Origin: Thraustochytrium aureum
Taxonomy: Eukaryota
DNA length: 60,279 nucleotides
Assembly: GCA_012862495.1 (NCBI GenBank)
Contig: BLSG01000216.1
Span: 375,492 to 435,770 of the forward strand
Reading direction: 5' to 3'
The notes beneath the pieces were generated by a model. It searched no databases. It saw nothing but the letters and a program-made list of their open reading frames with translations, and was not told the origin of the DNA. A program made the translations under genes and the position numbers. This document shows, piece after piece, positions 46,495 to 57,831 of this stretch (its first letter is position 1; each line of letters opens with the position of its first letter).

Positions 46495-47110
46495 TGGAGT
46501 GGAGGATGGACCCGCGAGGGGCGCCACGGGAGGCGCCGGCGGGTGGCTGCCGAGCAGACACACTGTGCTGTTTGTGGCGCAGAGCGGCGCCAAGGCCGCC
46601 GTTGTGCAAATGGTGCTGCTGGGCCTGGCCGCGCTGGTCGGGGCGCTGGTCGGCGCCGTCGTTGGCGGCGAACGCGCCACGGGGTGGACGAGAAACATGC
46701 TGTTTGGGACGTACCAGCTCTTCATGCTCTCGCAGGCTGGCGTGGGGCTGCTCGTGGCTCTCGCTGGCCAGAGCGAGCAGAGGCAAGCCGGCCAAGAACC
46801 AGACCGGTGGGACAAGTGGTTCAACGTGGCAATCGTCGCCGCCATTGCCGCCCCGCTCGCGATCGTCTACGGGCCATCTTCAGGCGCCGTGAGCGACCTC
46901 GCGAGCTGCGTGGCCTTGCAATGGGCGCTCAAGATGGCATGTTTTGTTGGGTTTCCGCGCGAAATTCACATGGCGCCAACTGGCGCAGGCGGGTCCGCAG
47001 AGGCCTCCCCAGAGGCGATGGCCAAAGCCCGCGCTGCGATGGAGAACGCTCGCAACACGCCACCAGCGCCGCTGCGGCACTTCTCCGCGCCAAAATCAAA
47101 GGCGACGTGA
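46495..47110 (+). CDS. Hypothetical multi-pass membrane protein (5' end in gap)
   Basis: Open frame with 3-4 hydrophobic segments. Confidence 0.55.
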
Positions 47111-47257
47111 AAGCCGCGCCGTGCGCTCTAGAGATAGACCCGTTTTTATTCACTTGCTTCCCTGTTGATTCATGAGGCAAGGCCAAGGGCAAACGCCCTG
47201 CAGGGCACTGGACAGGGGCTAGCGCAGTACTCGTACTCACATTGATTGCTAGTAGCT

Positions 47258-48220
47258 CTAGTCTAGAGAGGGCTGTTGCCGAGCTTCCGGCGGCCTGTTC
47301 CGAATGACTAGAAAGGAGGCGTCGACTGCCGGCTCTGCCAGCGCGGGCTGGCCAGAGTCGGGGGCGCCTGGGCCTGCTTCTAGCCCGGAGGCCAAGCCGT
47401 CCTCCGCGGCCGGTTCCACGGAAGGGGCGATTGGCGGCTCCTCAAGAGCGGCTGCCCCGGCCTCCTCCACATGGTCCTTGCTGGAGGGCGGCGCTTTGCC
47501 ATCTACAGTGCCCTCTCCGTCGCCATTTCCCTTGCCTTCCTTCGGGCCGCCCTTGCCCGGCTTTGGGGGCTTGTTCTTGGCAAGCGAAGGGTCGACGTCC
47601 TTGAGCCAGGTCTCCACGAGGGCCCCCTCCGTGCGCCCGCAGTGCCGAGCGTACGCGGGCGCCTCTGGCCCACCCGGCAGCGTCTGAAGCAGCTCGCGCG
47701 CCCGACGGCGGCTCACATACCAGGACGGCAGTTGCTCCGGCAGACTCACGAGATCGGTATCGAAAAACTCGATGAAGGCCTCATTGGCGTACCTGGTGTG
47801 CGCAGGAAAGGCAAAGCTGCGCATCTCGTCGATGATTGACGTCAGCGAGTAGAGGCGCTGCACGCGCCTCAAGCAGCCAACTACTGTGCCAGTCTGGTGG
47901 ACCCCCGAGGTGCACATCAGCAACACGGGATGGTTTCCCGGGTCGAGGACGAGCTCGATCGCCTCCTTGACAAGCTCCTCACTAATGGGCTTCCATCCGG
48001 CAGGCTTCCAAAACTTGATGCCGAGATGGACCAGCCTAATGTCGTTGTCGTTGATGAACGCGCCCACCGCGCGCAGCGTCACCTCTGGCGAGAGGTGGAT
48101 TATCGTGCGAAGCTTGAGCGAGCTTAAAAAGGTAAAGTTGACGGGCTGGATGACGCTGGACCTATACACCTGGGGCGCAACCACGCCAAATCTCTCTGGT
48201 GGCTGGACGTTGCTATCCAT
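47258..48220 (-). CDS. SIW14/OCA (PFA-DSP) family phosphatase-like protein, OCA4-like
   Basis: PPERFGVVAPQVYRS, NFTFL..LKLRTIIHLSPE, HPVLLMCTSGVHQTGTVVGCLRRVQ, EAFIEFFDTDLV. Confidence 0.88.
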   Translation of the reverse strand: MDSNVQPPERFGVVAPQVYRSSVIQPVNFTFLSSLKLRTIIHLSPEVTLRAVGAFINDNDIRLVHLGIKFWKPAGWKPISEELVKEAIELVLDPGNHPVLLMCTSGVHQTGTVVGCLRRVQRLYSLTSIIDEMRSFAFPAHTRYANEAFIEFFDTDLVSLPEQLPSWYVSRRRARELLQTLPGGPEAPAYARHCGRTEGALVETWLKDVDPSLAKNKPPKPGKGGPKEGKGNGDGEGTVDGKAPPSSKDHVEEAGAAALEEPPIAPSVEPAAEDGLASGLEAGPGAPDSGQPALAEPAVDASFLVIRNRPPEARQQPSLD

Positions 48221-48562
48221 ATCTGCCCCAGGTCCGCGTTGCGGCCTTTCGTCCTCGAAATCGAAGGGCTGCTTGCTCAGGCGCGAGAAAATGTCGGCCC
48301 TGCGCGCTGCTGCTCCTCTTGCGCTGCGAGAGCGAGAACGGCCGCTAGGCGACCCCGAGGGCGGCAGCCGTCCCGCCTGGCCGTCTGCGCCGGGCCCTGC
48401 CCTGCACAGCTGCCGAGGGCGCCAGCCGCGAGCTCGGTCGCTTTGGTGCGGGGGATCTGCCGCTCTGGAGGGCCTTGTAGAAGTAGGCGTGCTGTCACCA
48501 GACCCTGACCGAAAGAAAGAAGGCGCGCAGGGCGGCGACCCTGTGCTGTTCGCGCGAGGCAC

Positions 48563-50789
48563 ATGAAGGTAGTGGGGCCTGATTAGCGGCGGCAAGGACA
48601 GCCTGTTCAGCCTCGTCGAATGCGTCAGGGCAGGCCACGAGGTGGTCTGCCTGGCCAACTTGCACCCGCAGGATGGGCCTGCAGGGTCCAGCGAGCTCGA
48701 TAGCCACATGTTTCAGACGGTCGGCGTCGGCGCCATCTGCCCTGCCATCGCAGAGTGCATGGGCGTGCCGCTCGTGCGGCGTCAGCTTGAGGGACGCTCC
48801 ATCCAGACCAGCCTCGACTACAGGACTGAGCATGAAGGCGACGAAGTGGAAGACCTGTACGAGCTTTTGCGCAGCGTCAAGGCGGCCTTCCCGCAAGTCG
48901 ACGCGGTCGCNNNNNNNNNNNNNNNNNNNNNNNNNNNNNNNNNNNNNNNNNNNNNNNNNNNNNNNNNNNNNNNNNNNNNNNNNNNNNNNNNNNNNNNNNN
49001 NNNNNNNNNNNNNNNNNNNNNNNNNNNNNNNNNNNNNNNNNNNNNNNNNNNNNNNNNNNNNNNNNNNNNNNNNNNNNNNNNNNNNNNNNNNNNNNNNNNN
49101 NNNNNNNNNNNNNNNNNNNNNNNNNNNNNNNNNNNNNNNNNNNNNNNNNNNNNNNNGCTATCGAATTATCAGCGCAACCGCGTCGAGCACGTCTGCGCGC
49201 GGCTGGGCCTCACTTCCCTCGCGTTCCTGTGGCAGCGCACCCAGCAGGCTGCTCTGGACGATATGATCGCGGCCGGCGTGGAGGCCGTTCTAGTCAAGGT
49301 TGCCAGTATGGGCCTCGACGAGTCGATGCTCGGCAAGAGCATTGCTGCGCTGCGGCCAAAGTTTGCCGCACTCAACGACAAGTTCGGTTTCCATGTCTGC
49401 GGCGAGGGCGGCGAGTACGAGACCATCACCCTCGACTGCCCTCTGTTCAGCAAAAGGATCGTGCTCGACCGCGTGCGGACGGTGGTCGTCGATGACGTCG
49501 CCTTTGCGCCCGTCGCGCACCTCGAGATCGAGGCCTTTCACTTTGAGGACAAGCCCGGCCCTTGCGGCCTGCCGCCGCCACGTCAAGTTGGTCCTGAGCA
49601 AGAGACCAAGCTCGCCGCACAGTCGCCGTGGAGCTCAGCCTCGCCGAGTCGGTTTGTGGAAGGCGCACCTCTCGCAGGCCCCTTCATTGCACGAGCCGGA
49701 GACCTCGTCGCCGTGCAAGGTTGCAGCGGGGACGCGCTCGAAGAGGACCTCGCTGGGACGGAGCGTCAACTCGCTGTCCAGAGCGCCGTCTCCGGAGCCA
49801 TGGAGTCTTTGGAAGCTGCCTTGGCCAGCGTCGGTATGCAGCTGGATCGCGTCTGCTTTGTCCATCTGTTCCTTCGTGACATGAGCGACTTTGCCCAGGT
49901 CAACGGCGAGTATTGCAAGTTCTTCGAGCGAGGCGCGGTGCCCCAGCCACCACCCTCCCGCGCTTGCGTCGCTCTTGGGCTGCCTCCTGGCACCCCTGTT
50001 CTCGTCTCGGCCCTTGCAAGTGCGCAAGATCGACATGTTGTGCACGTGCGCAGCATTTCCAAATGGGCGCCCGTTTGCATTGGGCCTTACGCGCAGTCGA
50101 ACAGGGTCTCGTCGGGGCTCTGTTGCGTCGCCGGCCAGATTGCGCTAGACCCTGTGTCAATGGTCCTCGACACGGCCATGCCTCCGCTTGAGCAGCTTGA
50201 CCTCGCGATCGCACATGCCGCTGCCATCTTGGACTGCCAAGCCCTGGCGCTGGGACACACCGTTCGAGCTGTCGTGTATGTTTCTGGCCCAGGGGCTGCG
50301 CTGGAGCACGCCGCGATACGTGACCACCTCGCGAGTAAGTTTAGCGAATTGGGCGCAGACGAGGCGCCTCCCCTCCTCGTCGTGCAGGTCCCCGCGCTTC
50401 CAAGAGGGGCTGCTGTCGAGCTTGAGCTTGTGGCGCACTCTGGGTGTGTGGCGGATGCGAAGCCGGAGCACGAGGTGCAACTTGAGGACGGCTGGCACTT
50501 TGCGCAAGACGCGGCCTTCGGCACGGCTCTGGTGCTCGGTAGTGGAGCACAAGGCGACCACGAGCCGCCCGAGACTGAGCCTTTGCAAGGCGTGCTGGGT
50601 GGCGTGTATCACGTGTCGTTTGACGAGAGCAAACTTGGTGTCAGCGGCGTAGATGCCGAGGTGGCCGGTTCGATCGCCTCCGCCATCCAAGCCAAACTCC
50701 TACACCAGTTCAAGCCAAAGGGGTGTATCATGCAGCTGTTCTTTGACTGCACATGGCCAGACGGACACCGGTTGGCTTTGGCAGTCTCG
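48563..50789 (+). CDS. DPH6: Diphthine-ammonia ligase with RidA/YjgF domains (gapped; extra G near 48575)
   Basis: MKVV(G)LISGGKDS, ELDSHMFQTVG, DEVEDLY, SNYQRNRVEHVCARLGL, CGEGGEYET; HVRSISKWAPVCIGPYAQ, LPRGAAVE. Confidence 0.95.
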
Positions 50790-51323
50790 NNNNNNNNNNN
50801 NNNNNNNNNNNNNNNNNNNNNNNNNNNNNNNNNNNNNNNNNNNNNNNNNNNNNNNNNNNNNNNNNNNNNNNNNNNNNNNNNNNNNNNNNNNNNNNNNNNN
50901 NNNNNNNNNNNNNNNNNNNNNNNNNNNNNNNNNNNNNNNNNNNNNNNNNNNNNNNNNNNNNNNNNNNNNNNNNNNNNNNNNNNNNNNNNNNNNNNNNNNN
51001 NNNNNNNNNNNNNNNNNNNNNNNNNNNNNNNNNNNNNNNNNNNNNNNNNNNNNNNNNNNNNNNNNNNNNNNNNNNNNNNNNNNNNNNNNNNNNNNNNNNN
51101 NNNNNNNNNNNNNNNNNNNNNNNNNNNNNNNNNNNNNNNNNNNNNNNNNNNNNNNNNNNNNNNNNNNNNNNNNNNNNNNNNNNNNNNNNNNNNNNNNNNN
51201 NNNNNNNNNNNNNNNNNNNNNNNNNNNNNNNNNNNNNNNNNNNNNNNNNNNNNNNNNNNNNNNNNNNNNNNNNNNNNNNNNNNNNNNNNNNNNNNNNNNN
51301 NNNNNNNNNNNNNNNNNNNNNNN

Positions 51324-52400
51324 CCACGCTGTACAGCAGGTACGGGCAAGGCTGGGGCCGGGGCCCCGACTCTGGGTGTGGACGCAGGCGAGCCCTCGCA
51401 TGCTGTTGGAGGCGACGACGCGCAGGTTGTCGCGGAGCTGGACTCGCCGCCAGGCAATTTGGCGGTAAGCTCGCGGTCGGGCCGCATTCTTTTCAACTTT
51501 CACCCCGAGTACGCCAGGGCGGATGGCGTTGTGTTTGCCGAGATCGATGCTACGACCCCAGACGGCTGGATTCCGCGGCGCGATCTGGGCGAGCGCGTCG
51601 CGAGCGTACTTTCGCTGCGCATCGATTTGCTCGATCGGCTGTGGCTACTGGATTTCGGTATGCACGGCATGTTCCCGCCCGGCCTCGTCGTCTATCAGCT
51701 CGGGAGCAGCGCGAAAGACGACCGGTTCCTTTTCCGCTACGACTTTCCCTCGTCGGTTGCCGGCTTTGGCTCGATGCTCAATGACATGGCTATCTCAAGC
51801 GACGCCGAGCACATTTACATTGCCGACACGAGCTTCATTGCCAACTCGCCTGCGCTGGTGTACTACCATAGTGCCACAAACCAGTCGTGGCGTGTGCTCG
51901 AGGGCCACAGAGCTGTGCAGTTTGAGCCGCTTGATATGCACGTGCACGGCGCAGGCTCGCTGGGGTTGGGGGTCCTCAGCATGCGGATCGGCGTGGACAG
52001 CATCGCGCTCGACGCCAAAGACGAATGGCTGTACTTTGGGCCGCTCACAGGCACCAAGTTGTACCGGGTGCCGGCGCGGCTCTTGCAGCACGCAAGCCAC
52101 GTCGATGGCGCGGTAGAGGTGTTTAGCGACAAGTGCGTTTCAGACGGGATCGCACTCAGCGCCAGTGGCGACGTCTTTCTCACCTGCCTCGAGCACAGTG
52201 CGATCGCCAGAGTTGACGCCAAGACGCGCGCGCTCACGGTCGTGGCGCGCGATCGTGCCAAGTTGCAGTGGCCGGACGGGTTTTCCTGGGACGGCGAGGG
52301 CCGTCTTTTGGTCACAACGAGCGCGCTGCAGTACAAGTTTACGATGCAGCCGTATCGCCCCCATGCGCCGTTCCACATCATCCGCTTTTCCGCGCTCTGA
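51324..52400 (+). CDS. Yellow/major royal jelly protein-like beta-propeller (5' end in gap)
   Basis: PGNLAVS, SVLSLRID..DRLWLLDFG, LNDMAI..IYIADTS, GVDSIAL...LYFGPL....LYRV, SDGI, LQWPDGF. Confidence 0.8.
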   Translation, partial: PRCTAGTGKAGAGAPTLGVDAGEPSHAVGGDDAQVVAELDSPPGNLAVSSRSGRILFNFHPEYARADGVVFAEIDATTPDGWIPRRDLGERVASVLSLRIDLLDRLWLLDFGMHGMFPPGLVVYQLGSSAKDDRFLFRYDFPSSVAGFGSMLNDMAISSDAEHIYIADTSFIANSPALVYYHSATNQSWRVLEGHRAVQFEPLDMHVHGAGSLGLGVLSMRIGVDSIALDAKDEWLYFGPLTGTKLYRVPARLLQHASHVDGAVEVFSDKCVSDGIALSASGDVFLTCLEHSAIARVDAKTRALTVVARDRAKLQWPDGFSWDGEGRLLVTTSALQYKFTMQPYRPHAPFHIIRFSAL

Positions 52401-53166
52401 ACCGCCGCGGCGCTCGCAGGAGCCAGCTCCAGGCGCCTGGACGACGGCACGGGAACGGCGCGTGCCAGCCTGCAGCGCCTCCTCAACTAACATAAATGCA
52501 ACCCAACCGCAAGTGATGGATGACAGCCTGCGCTGCTGCTGCCAGCCTGGCCGCCCTGCAGCAAGGCGCCGCTCGCTCGGACCTTGCCGCTCACCTCCAG
52601 CATCGCGCGCCGGCCATCAGGGAAAGAAATGGCGGCAAGCCAGGCGGCCAGCAGAACGCGTTTCACTCCGCGCAGCGGGCCATGAAGGCCAGGCGGGCAG
52701 CCAAGACGGNNNNNNNNNNNNNNNNNNNNNNNNNNNNNNNNNNNNNNNNNNNNNNNNNNNNNNNNNNNNNNNNNNNNNNNNNNNNNNNNNNNNNNNNNNN
52801 NNNNNNNNNNNNNNNNNNNNNNNNNNNNNNNNNNNNNNNNNNNNNNNNNNNNNNNNNNNNNNNNNNNNNNNNNNNNNNNNNNNNNNNNNNNNNNNNNNNN
52901 NNNNNNNNNNNNNNNNNNNNNNNNNNNNNNNNNNNNNNNNNNNNNNNNNNNNNNNNNNNNNNNNNNNNNNNNNNNNNNNNNNNNNNNNNNNNNNNNNNNN
53001 NNNNNNNNNNNNNNNNNNNNNNNNNNNNNNNNNNNNNNNNNNNNNNNNNNNNNNNNNNNNNNNNNNNNNNNNNNNNNNNNNNNNNNNNNNNNNNNNNNNN
53101 NNNNNNNNNNNNNNNNNNNNNNNNNNNNNNNNNNNNNNNNNNNNNNNNNNNNNNNNNNNNNNNNNN

Positions 53167-55564
53167 ACGGCGGAGGCGCAGGAGGCGCGCAAGCGCCAAC
53201 CCCTAACGGAGGCGGGAACGCCGCTCGAGTTTGTTGACGTGCGTCGCGGCACTGACAACAAAGACTGGCGGTCGGTGAGCCGTGGCAACGTGCTGCCGAT
53301 CGTGGCGCTGCCCTTTGGGGCGACGCATTGGACGCTCGCGAACAACGCCCTCGGAACGTGGTTTTACAGCCCGAACGCGACCGCCCTGCGCGGGATCCGG
53401 TGCACGCACCAGCCGTCCCCCTGGATCGGAGACTACGGCTACTTTGACATTGCTCCATTCCTTGGCAATACGCAGCGCGACATAACGTACGACCCGGCCT
53501 CGGCGACGCTCAGGCCGCACTACTTGCGGATTCAGGTCACCTCGCAGTGCTCCGCGAAGGCGTGCACGGTTCTCGAGATGACAGGGACGCGAAACGGAGG
53601 GGTGATGCGGCTTGCGTTTCCCGACATGGGCACCAACGTGCAAGGGATTAGGTTCCACCATCTTGCCGAGTTTCGGCGCGCAGAGCCGCCAGCGGGCGAT
53701 CCCGCGGCAACAGCATCCCACCGCTCGCTTTGGATCGAAGGCTCGTCGCGCGCGAGCACAGGGTTCTCGGCGCCGGCGTCGATGACGCACCACTTTGTGG
53801 CTTGCGTCGATGTCATCGCAGCGCCCGGTCATTGGATCGGCGCACCCTCTGCCCACATCGCCTCTCGCACAGTGCAGTGGCGGGCAAAGCGGGGTGCTGC
53901 AGTTGTCGTCCGATTCGGGACCTCGTTCGTCAGTGCAGAGCAGGCCCGGTACAACCTCCTTCGCCAAACTGGGGCGGAGCGGCGCGAACCCTTTGGCAAG
54001 TTGGTCAGCGATGCCCTTTCCTCTTGGAACGCGCTGCTGGGTCGCGTCGAGGCGGAGGCAGACCCCCGAGCGGCAGGGCCGGGGCGCGGGAACTCCGCAC
54101 GATGCTGTACACTTGCTTGTACCGCGCGCTGCTCTTCCCTCGGCAGCTCGGTGAGGTCGACCAAAACAACCGAACTGTGCACTACTCGCCTATGACGGCG
54201 CCGCGACAGCCACGACATATTCGGGGCCGCTTTCCACTGACAGCGGATTTTGGGACGCATACCGCACGGTTACCCGATGCTGCACCTGGTTTTCCCCGAC
54301 TTGGTCGGAGGTATTTTGGAGGGTTGGGTGAACGCGATCCGCGAGGACCCTGACGGCATGCTGCCGCAGTGGAGCGCGCCCGGGCGAGTAGACTCGATGG
54401 TGGGTTCATTGGGCGAAGTGACCATGGCAGAGGCTATTGTCAACGGCGTGCTGGGCAAGGAGTCGGAACGCGTGGTGTACGAGTACCTGAAACGATCTGC
54501 GTTGGGAACGCTGCAGTCCGGGCGCGCGTTCATGGACGAGTATGTCAAGCTGGGGTATGTGGGGTTTTCAACCAAACCGAAGCGGGAGGGCTCCGTCTCG
54601 CTAACACTCAACTACGCGTTGAGCGACTTTTGCGTCTCGCTCGCGGCGGCCAAGATGGGCGATGCGGGACTCGCCCAGCAGCTGGCGGCACGGTCAGGGA
54701 GCTGGGTCAACGTCTTCGACCCAGAGACGCAGTTTTTCAGGGCGCGCATGCTTGATGGAGGAGGCTGGGATCCCGACTTTGACCCGCTGAACTGGATGGG
54801 CCCGTACACGGAGGGCGGGGCTTGGCAGTACCGATTTTACGTCCCGCATGACCCCGCCGGACTACGTATCGCGTACGAACGAGGCGCTGGGCGCTGTAGG
54901 AGCAGGGGGCGCGAGGGCGGCTTGGCAGGAGAGGGCGATTGCGAGATGCCAGGGCCCTCCCGTCTGTGCCAAGCTCTAACAGAAGCTGTTTCCGGCCCGG
55001 GGATTATCAACAACCGCATACAGATCCACGAGGAGCAAGAGATGCTGGACCACGCCTTTGGCCAGTATGCGCACAACAACCAGCCGGTCCATCATGTTTT
55101 GTACATTGTTTGCGCACGCGGGATGTGCCGTGGAGGGCCAGCGCTGGATCCACCACACCCTCCTGTCCCAGTACGGGCCGTTTGGCTTTGCTGGGGACGA
55201 GGACAATGGCGAGATGAGTTCGTGGTACATCTTGTCCTCGCTTGGGCTCTATGCGCTTGTGCCCGGGTCCGGCGCGTATCAGGTGGGCGCCCCGCCGCTG
55301 CTGCGGTCTATCAGGGTGAAGCGGCGCGGCGGTGTGGCGGGCCACGGCGACCTCGTGGTAGAGCGTGGCCTTGGGCCCGTGGCGTCGCAAGATCCTCTAG
55401 CAGAGTTTCACCCAGCGACGAGGGCAACCTGGCGAGGCCGACCGATCGACCTCGCGGCCTCAGCTGCGACGATCCCCCTGTCCGAGCTGCTGGAGGGCGG
55501 GACGCTGCGGTTTGAGGTCGAGAGTGATTCGTTGGGGGCTGCGAGCGTTGTTCGCGCCAGCTAG
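53167..55564 (+). CDS. Glycoside hydrolase family 92 alpha-mannosidase (frameshifted; 5' end in gap)
   Basis: GNVLP...PFG..HW, CTHQPSPWIGDYG, LYTCLYRALLFP, G.LPQWS.PG, SVSLTLNYA.SD, YTEGGAWQYRFYVPHD, GQYAHNNQP.HH, GDEDNGEMSSWYILSSLGLY. Confidence 0.93.
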
Positions 55565-55840
55565 TTTTGCGAACCGTCTCGCAAGCGTGAGGAAGAGGGG
55601 CTCGCGCGCGGGAGCGGCCACCCCAAACGCCCCAGACGCGCTCGCGCGCCCTTGATAGATCTTTGTACTTAAAAAGTGTAAAAACGGCGGCGCAACCACC
55701 TCGCGGCCCCAGGAGCGAGGCTTTCCTCTCCGAAATTCACCGCTATCCGGCTTGCGAAGATCGTTCGTGGGCTACGCCGCCTCCGCGCTGGTCTGCACCA
55801 GATACTAGCTAGCCCTCTGCTGACTCTCGAACAGAGAGAC

Positions 55841-56761
55841 CTAGGCGCCCGGGTTGGAGTCGGGCGCAAGCTCGGCCGCCGCCCTCCCGGCTTTCAAGCA
55901 CTCCATCACGCGCTCGAGTGGGACCCAGCGCCGCTGGTACTCCTCCTGCGCGCCAAAGTCTGTGAGGGGGCCCACGAGGACGTGCATATGCAACAACCCA
56001 ATCGACGGAACGGAGTGGAAGCCCAGCTTGACGTTGGCCAAATCGAGCCAGTGCTCCAGCGGCCTCCCAGCCAGCGTTGGCGGCTCGACAGCCACAAAGT
56101 ATGGGCGATTCAACCGCACGAATTCTAGCGCAGCTCGTTGCATCGATCGCAGCAACCCGATGTGGGCTGGAACAAGGTCGAACACCCACCGCAGGCCAAT
56201 GGTCGCGCTCTCGCTTCCTTCCGCGGGTTGCGCAGTTGGAATCACGAGCATGTGCCAAATTTTCGCCATGTCCTTCCCCCCAACGCCTCTGAAGGCCACA
56301 AACGCGGAATTTTCGATGTGGAACCCGCGCTGCGCAGTGCCTGAAGGCCGCGCTGGGAGCGACATACGCCGCGCGTATGGGAGGAAGACACGCTTCCCCA
56401 ACTCTGTTGCACGCTCCGAGAGCTCCGGCTTGACGGAGTTGCTTGCTGAAGCGGCTGGGTCCTCGTAAGAGGTGATGGTGCCGACTGGCTGTCCCGCGAC
56501 GCTGTCTTCGCGCTCCGGGCGCGTCGGGTCCAAGAGGTAGTACTTGGTTTTCGCGATCGACACTGTCTCGCCGCGCCGCAGGCCAGCGCCGTCAGCCTGG
56601 CGCGCTGCGGCGCGTTCCCATGGCGTTGCCCCGGCAAGCTCGTCCTTCATCGACGCGTGACTCTTGCTGTCCTCCCTCGCTGCGACCGACCCACAGCTCT
56701 TCTCCCCAGGGGTGGCAGCGTCTCCGCTGCTGGCGCCTCCTGCCGCTCGAACGAGGTCCAT
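55841..56761 (-). CDS. HIT-superfamily nucleotide hydrolase (aprataxin/DcpS-C-like)
   Basis: HMLVIP, H..LL..M, LGFHSVPSIGLLHMHVL. Confidence 0.75.
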   Translation of the reverse strand: MDLVRAAGGASSGDAATPGEKSCGSVAAREDSKSHASMKDELAGATPWERAAARQADGAGLRRGETVSIAKTKYYLLDPTRPEREDSVAGQPVGTITSYEDPAASASNSVKPELSERATELGKRVFLPYARRMSLPARPSGTAQRGFHIENSAFVAFRGVGGKDMAKIWHMLVIPTAQPAEGSESATIGLRWVFDLVPAHIGLLRSMQRAALEFVRLNRPYFVAVEPPTLAGRPLEHWLDLANVKLGFHSVPSIGLLHMHVLVGPLTDFGAQEEYQRRWVPLERVMECLKAGRAAAELAPDSNPGA

Positions 56762-57595
56762 CCCAGCAGACCGCGCAGCGCGCGCGGAGCAGCGCGCCGA
56801 GCAGCGCGCCGAGCAGCGCGCCGAGGCGCCAGCAACTCCGTTCGACCAGCGAGGCGCGCGAGCCGCGAGCCAGCAGCCCGTCCCGACAAGCCTGCGCCTT
56901 GCGGCTCGCCAGCTCGCGCCCGTCCACTGCCACGAGCCAGAGCGCCCGGCGACGCTCGCCCCTCGACCAAACCGGGCTCTGCTCGCTTCCACTGTCGAGG
57001 ACACCCTCCCCACTCGTGCCACAAACCAGCGCAAGCCTGCCGCGACGCCACCTGGCCAAAGCCCGCGCCCGCACGGCCAACCTGATCAAGAACGACGCCA
57101 AACCGAACGAAACCCAACGCAAAACCAGAACAGNNNNNNNNNNNNNNNNNNNNNNNNNNNNNNNNNNNNNNNNNNNNNNNNNNNNNNNNNNNNNNNNNNN
57201 NNNNNNNNNNNNNNNNNNNNNNNNNNNNNNNNNNNNNNNNNNNNNNNNNNNNNNNNNNNNNNNNNNNNNNNNNNNNNNNNNNNNNNNNNNNNNNNNNNNN
57301 NNNNNNNNNNNNNNNNNNNNNNNNNNNNNNNNNNNNNNNNNNNNNNNNNNNNNNNNNNNNNNNNNNNNNNNNNNNNNNNNNNNNNNNNNNNNNNNTTCTC
57401 GGCGAAAGTGCGATCGCACAGTTGTGGTGGACGCGGAGCGCGGCGCCGGCTGAACCGCCTGTCTCGCGGCGCCGAGCGAGACGCGCCTCGGGGCCTGGTC
57501 GTGCATGCCCTGCCCTGCCTGCCCGGTCGGTTTCGTTTGCCCCGGTGCTGATCGATCACCAAGAGCGGCGGCGGCGAGCAAGAACAGCACTCTTT

Positions 57596-57596
57596 G

Positions 57597-57640
<44 letters not shown>
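57596..57640. repeat. (GCCT)n microsatellite
   Basis: Directly visible; similar runs at ~17055, ~33340-33425, ~37430 and ~46140. Confidence 0.9.
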
Positions 57641-57831
57641 AGTTGACGGACCGGCAGACTGCCTGGGCAGCACGCGGCGGCGGCAGCTGCGCACGCACGG
57701 GCGGCGGGCACGCCAGAGACCGCGTGGGGCGCGCGCGGGGCTTGGAGCTTGGCTCGAAGCCACAAGGCCTGCCTGACGCGGGCGCGAACGCTGCACGGGT
57801 TGGTCGGTCGGGCTGAGGCTGTCGAGGCAAG

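Noticed and set aside
48642..52400. 1252-aa DPH6-Yellow fusion ORF
   Set aside because: Joined only by reading through the N gap at 50790-51323; two separate genes are more likely
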